A stretch of DNA of 64,000 nucleotides, taken from positions 96,001 to 160,000 of the forward strand of contig JANNXA010000010.1 in assembly GCA_031409275.1 (NCBI GenBank). The letters run 5' to 3'. Source of the stretch: Planctomycetota bacterium (GTDB lineage: Bacteria; Planctomycetota; B15-G4; SIAN01). Of the stretch, positions 62,709-64,000 are shown piece after piece (within the stretch, counting starts at the first letter, position 1; the number at the start of each line of letters is the position of its first letter). Below the pieces are notes generated by a model. That model saw only the letters and a list, made by a program, of their open reading frames with translations, was not told the origin of the DNA and made no database searches. The position numbers and the translations under genes are program-made.

Positions 62709-64000
62709 GTGCCGCCGACAACTCGCAAGCTCGCATCGGCCCTCGTCGCGACGGCGCTCGCTTGCGCCGCGATCGGCGCCGGGACGTGGTGGCTCACGCG
62801 CGGCCCCCGGCCGCGGATCACGCCACCGACCGCGCGCGCCACCGCCATCAGCGAGTCGGAGGCCATCGGCGCGGCCGTCGCCGCCGACCCGAACGACGCG
62901 GGTCGCCTTGATCCGATGGCGTCGCTTGGGGCACGACTCGAGGTCGCGCCGACGATCGCAGCCGACGTTCCCGACGCGCTCGCGGCGTTGCCCCTCGAAG
63001 CCGCGCCGACTGAGGGCGTCGAGCTGCGCATCATCGACGCCGCGCGCGTCGCCGTCGCGGGCGCCGCGATCGTGACGCTGAGCGTGGCCGAGAACGACAA
63101 CGACTTGCCGCCCACGTTGCTCGATCCCGAGGCGCTCGCGCGCGGCGGTGCAAGGCGCTGGCGCAGCGACACCGAGGGACGCTGTCGCGTGCCCTTCGCG
63201 CTCGATTCGCGCCGCGTGCTGGCCTTCACCGCCGGCGCGCGCGGAACGCTGATCCTCGACCCGACCGTCTACTTTCCGATCGAGCTGATGGTGAAGCCGT
63301 GCTTCGTGGTCGAGGTCGAGGTCGTCGATGGTGCCGGCGTACCGCAAGCGGGGCTCGAGGTCGGATTCAGTCGCGCCAAGCAGAGCCTGATCGAGTCGAC
63401 CGTCCGCGCGCTCACTGACCCGCACGGACGCTGCCGATTCACCGACCTCGATCTCGTCTTGCTGACCACCCGAGCGCCGCGGCTTTCGATCGACGGTCCC
63501 GCCCCCGAAGAGAAGCGCGAGGAGTGGCGCGTCGCCTTGTGCGGGCTCGCGGGCGAGGCGGCGCAGCAGACGATCGAGCTGCCGCCGGCGACGCCGACGG
63601 CGACGGTCCGCCTCGTCGCGGCCGACCACGGCAGCCTTGCGATCCGGGTCGTCGCCGCGCCCGAGACGCCCCTGCCACCGAAATCCTCGGTGCTGATCCG
63701 GATGAGCGGCGCGGGCGATCGTCGCCTCGACGGCGCGGTGCCGCTCGATGAGGCGGGGCGCGCCTCCGTCGCCCCGCTTGAGCTTGGAGCCAGCGGCTTC
63801 GTCGAACTGAGAGCCGATGGCTTCGCCGCGACGCGCACGCCGATCCTCGGTCCGCGGCGATCGGCGGAACGAGTCGAGATCGAGCTGGTCGCGGAAGCGA
63901 ACGGATTCTGGGTGGTGGGTCGTGCCGTCGATGCCAACGGCGCACCGATCGCCTCGCGCAACCTCTCCGGCGAGTTCGAGCACAACGACTTCGAAACGCC
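62709..64000 (+). CDS. Membrane-anchored protein with carboxypeptidase-regulatory-like (prealbumin-fold) repeats; runs off the window
   Basis: GGAGG RBS plus GTG. Manual translation gives an N-terminal TM (LASALVATALACAAIGAGTWWL) and repeats V.VVDGAGVP..G, TDPHGRCRF, GRAVDANGAPIA. Confidence 0.65.
   Translation, partial: MPPTTRKLASALVATALACAAIGAGTWWLTRGPRPRITPPTARATAISESEAIGAAVAADPNDAGRLDPMASLGARLEVAPTIAADVPDALAALPLEAAPTEGVELRIIDAARVAVAGAAIVTLSVAENDNDLPPTLLDPEALARGGARRWRSDTEGRCRVPFALDSRRVLAFTAGARGTLILDPTVYFPIELMVKPCFVVEVEVVDGAGVPQAGLEVGFSRAKQSLIESTVRALTDPHGRCRFTDLDLVLLTTRAPRLSIDGPAPEEKREEWRVALCGLAGEAAQQTIELPPATPTATVRLVAADHGSLAIRVVAAPETPLPPKSSVLIRMSGAGDRRLDGAVPLDEAGRASVAPLELGASGFVELRADGFAATRTPILGPRRSAERVEIELVAEANGFWVVGRAVDANGAPIASRNLSGEFEHNDFET

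Overview
High-GC bacterial chromosomal window with about 50 genes. A Planctomycetota-like origin is inferred from gene content and is not proven. Contents in order: a MacAB-type ABC exporter; KtrAB K+ uptake; a short/branched-chain acyl-CoA region (2 thiolases, 3 acyl-CoA dehydrogenases, 3-hydroxybutyryl-CoA dehydrogenase, fused isobutyryl-CoA mutase IcmF, a stand-alone B12-binding mutase subunit, MeaB); aceE coupled to a lysine-methyltransferase-like gene; dipeptidyl-peptidase III; a free-standing archaeal-type ThrRS editing domain; and a peptidoglycan/MurNAc salvage cluster with unusual fusions (propeller + serine hydrolase + NamZ, a second NamZ, an SSS transporter, MurQ + kinase). Further on are secreted hydrolases, a hybrid histidine kinase, a serine hydrolase + VanX-type lipoprotein and a TMTC-like membrane protein. 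Non-coding highlights: a ~370-bp element with nested inverted repeats (20000-20368), a structured leader upstream of an acyl-CoA dehydrogenase, and several candidate leaderless promoters. Two unrelated secreted proteins appear to share a C-terminal domain, a candidate sorting signal. No rRNA, tRNA, CRISPR array, transposase or integrase was recognised. All calls come from reading motifs by eye; no database search was run.
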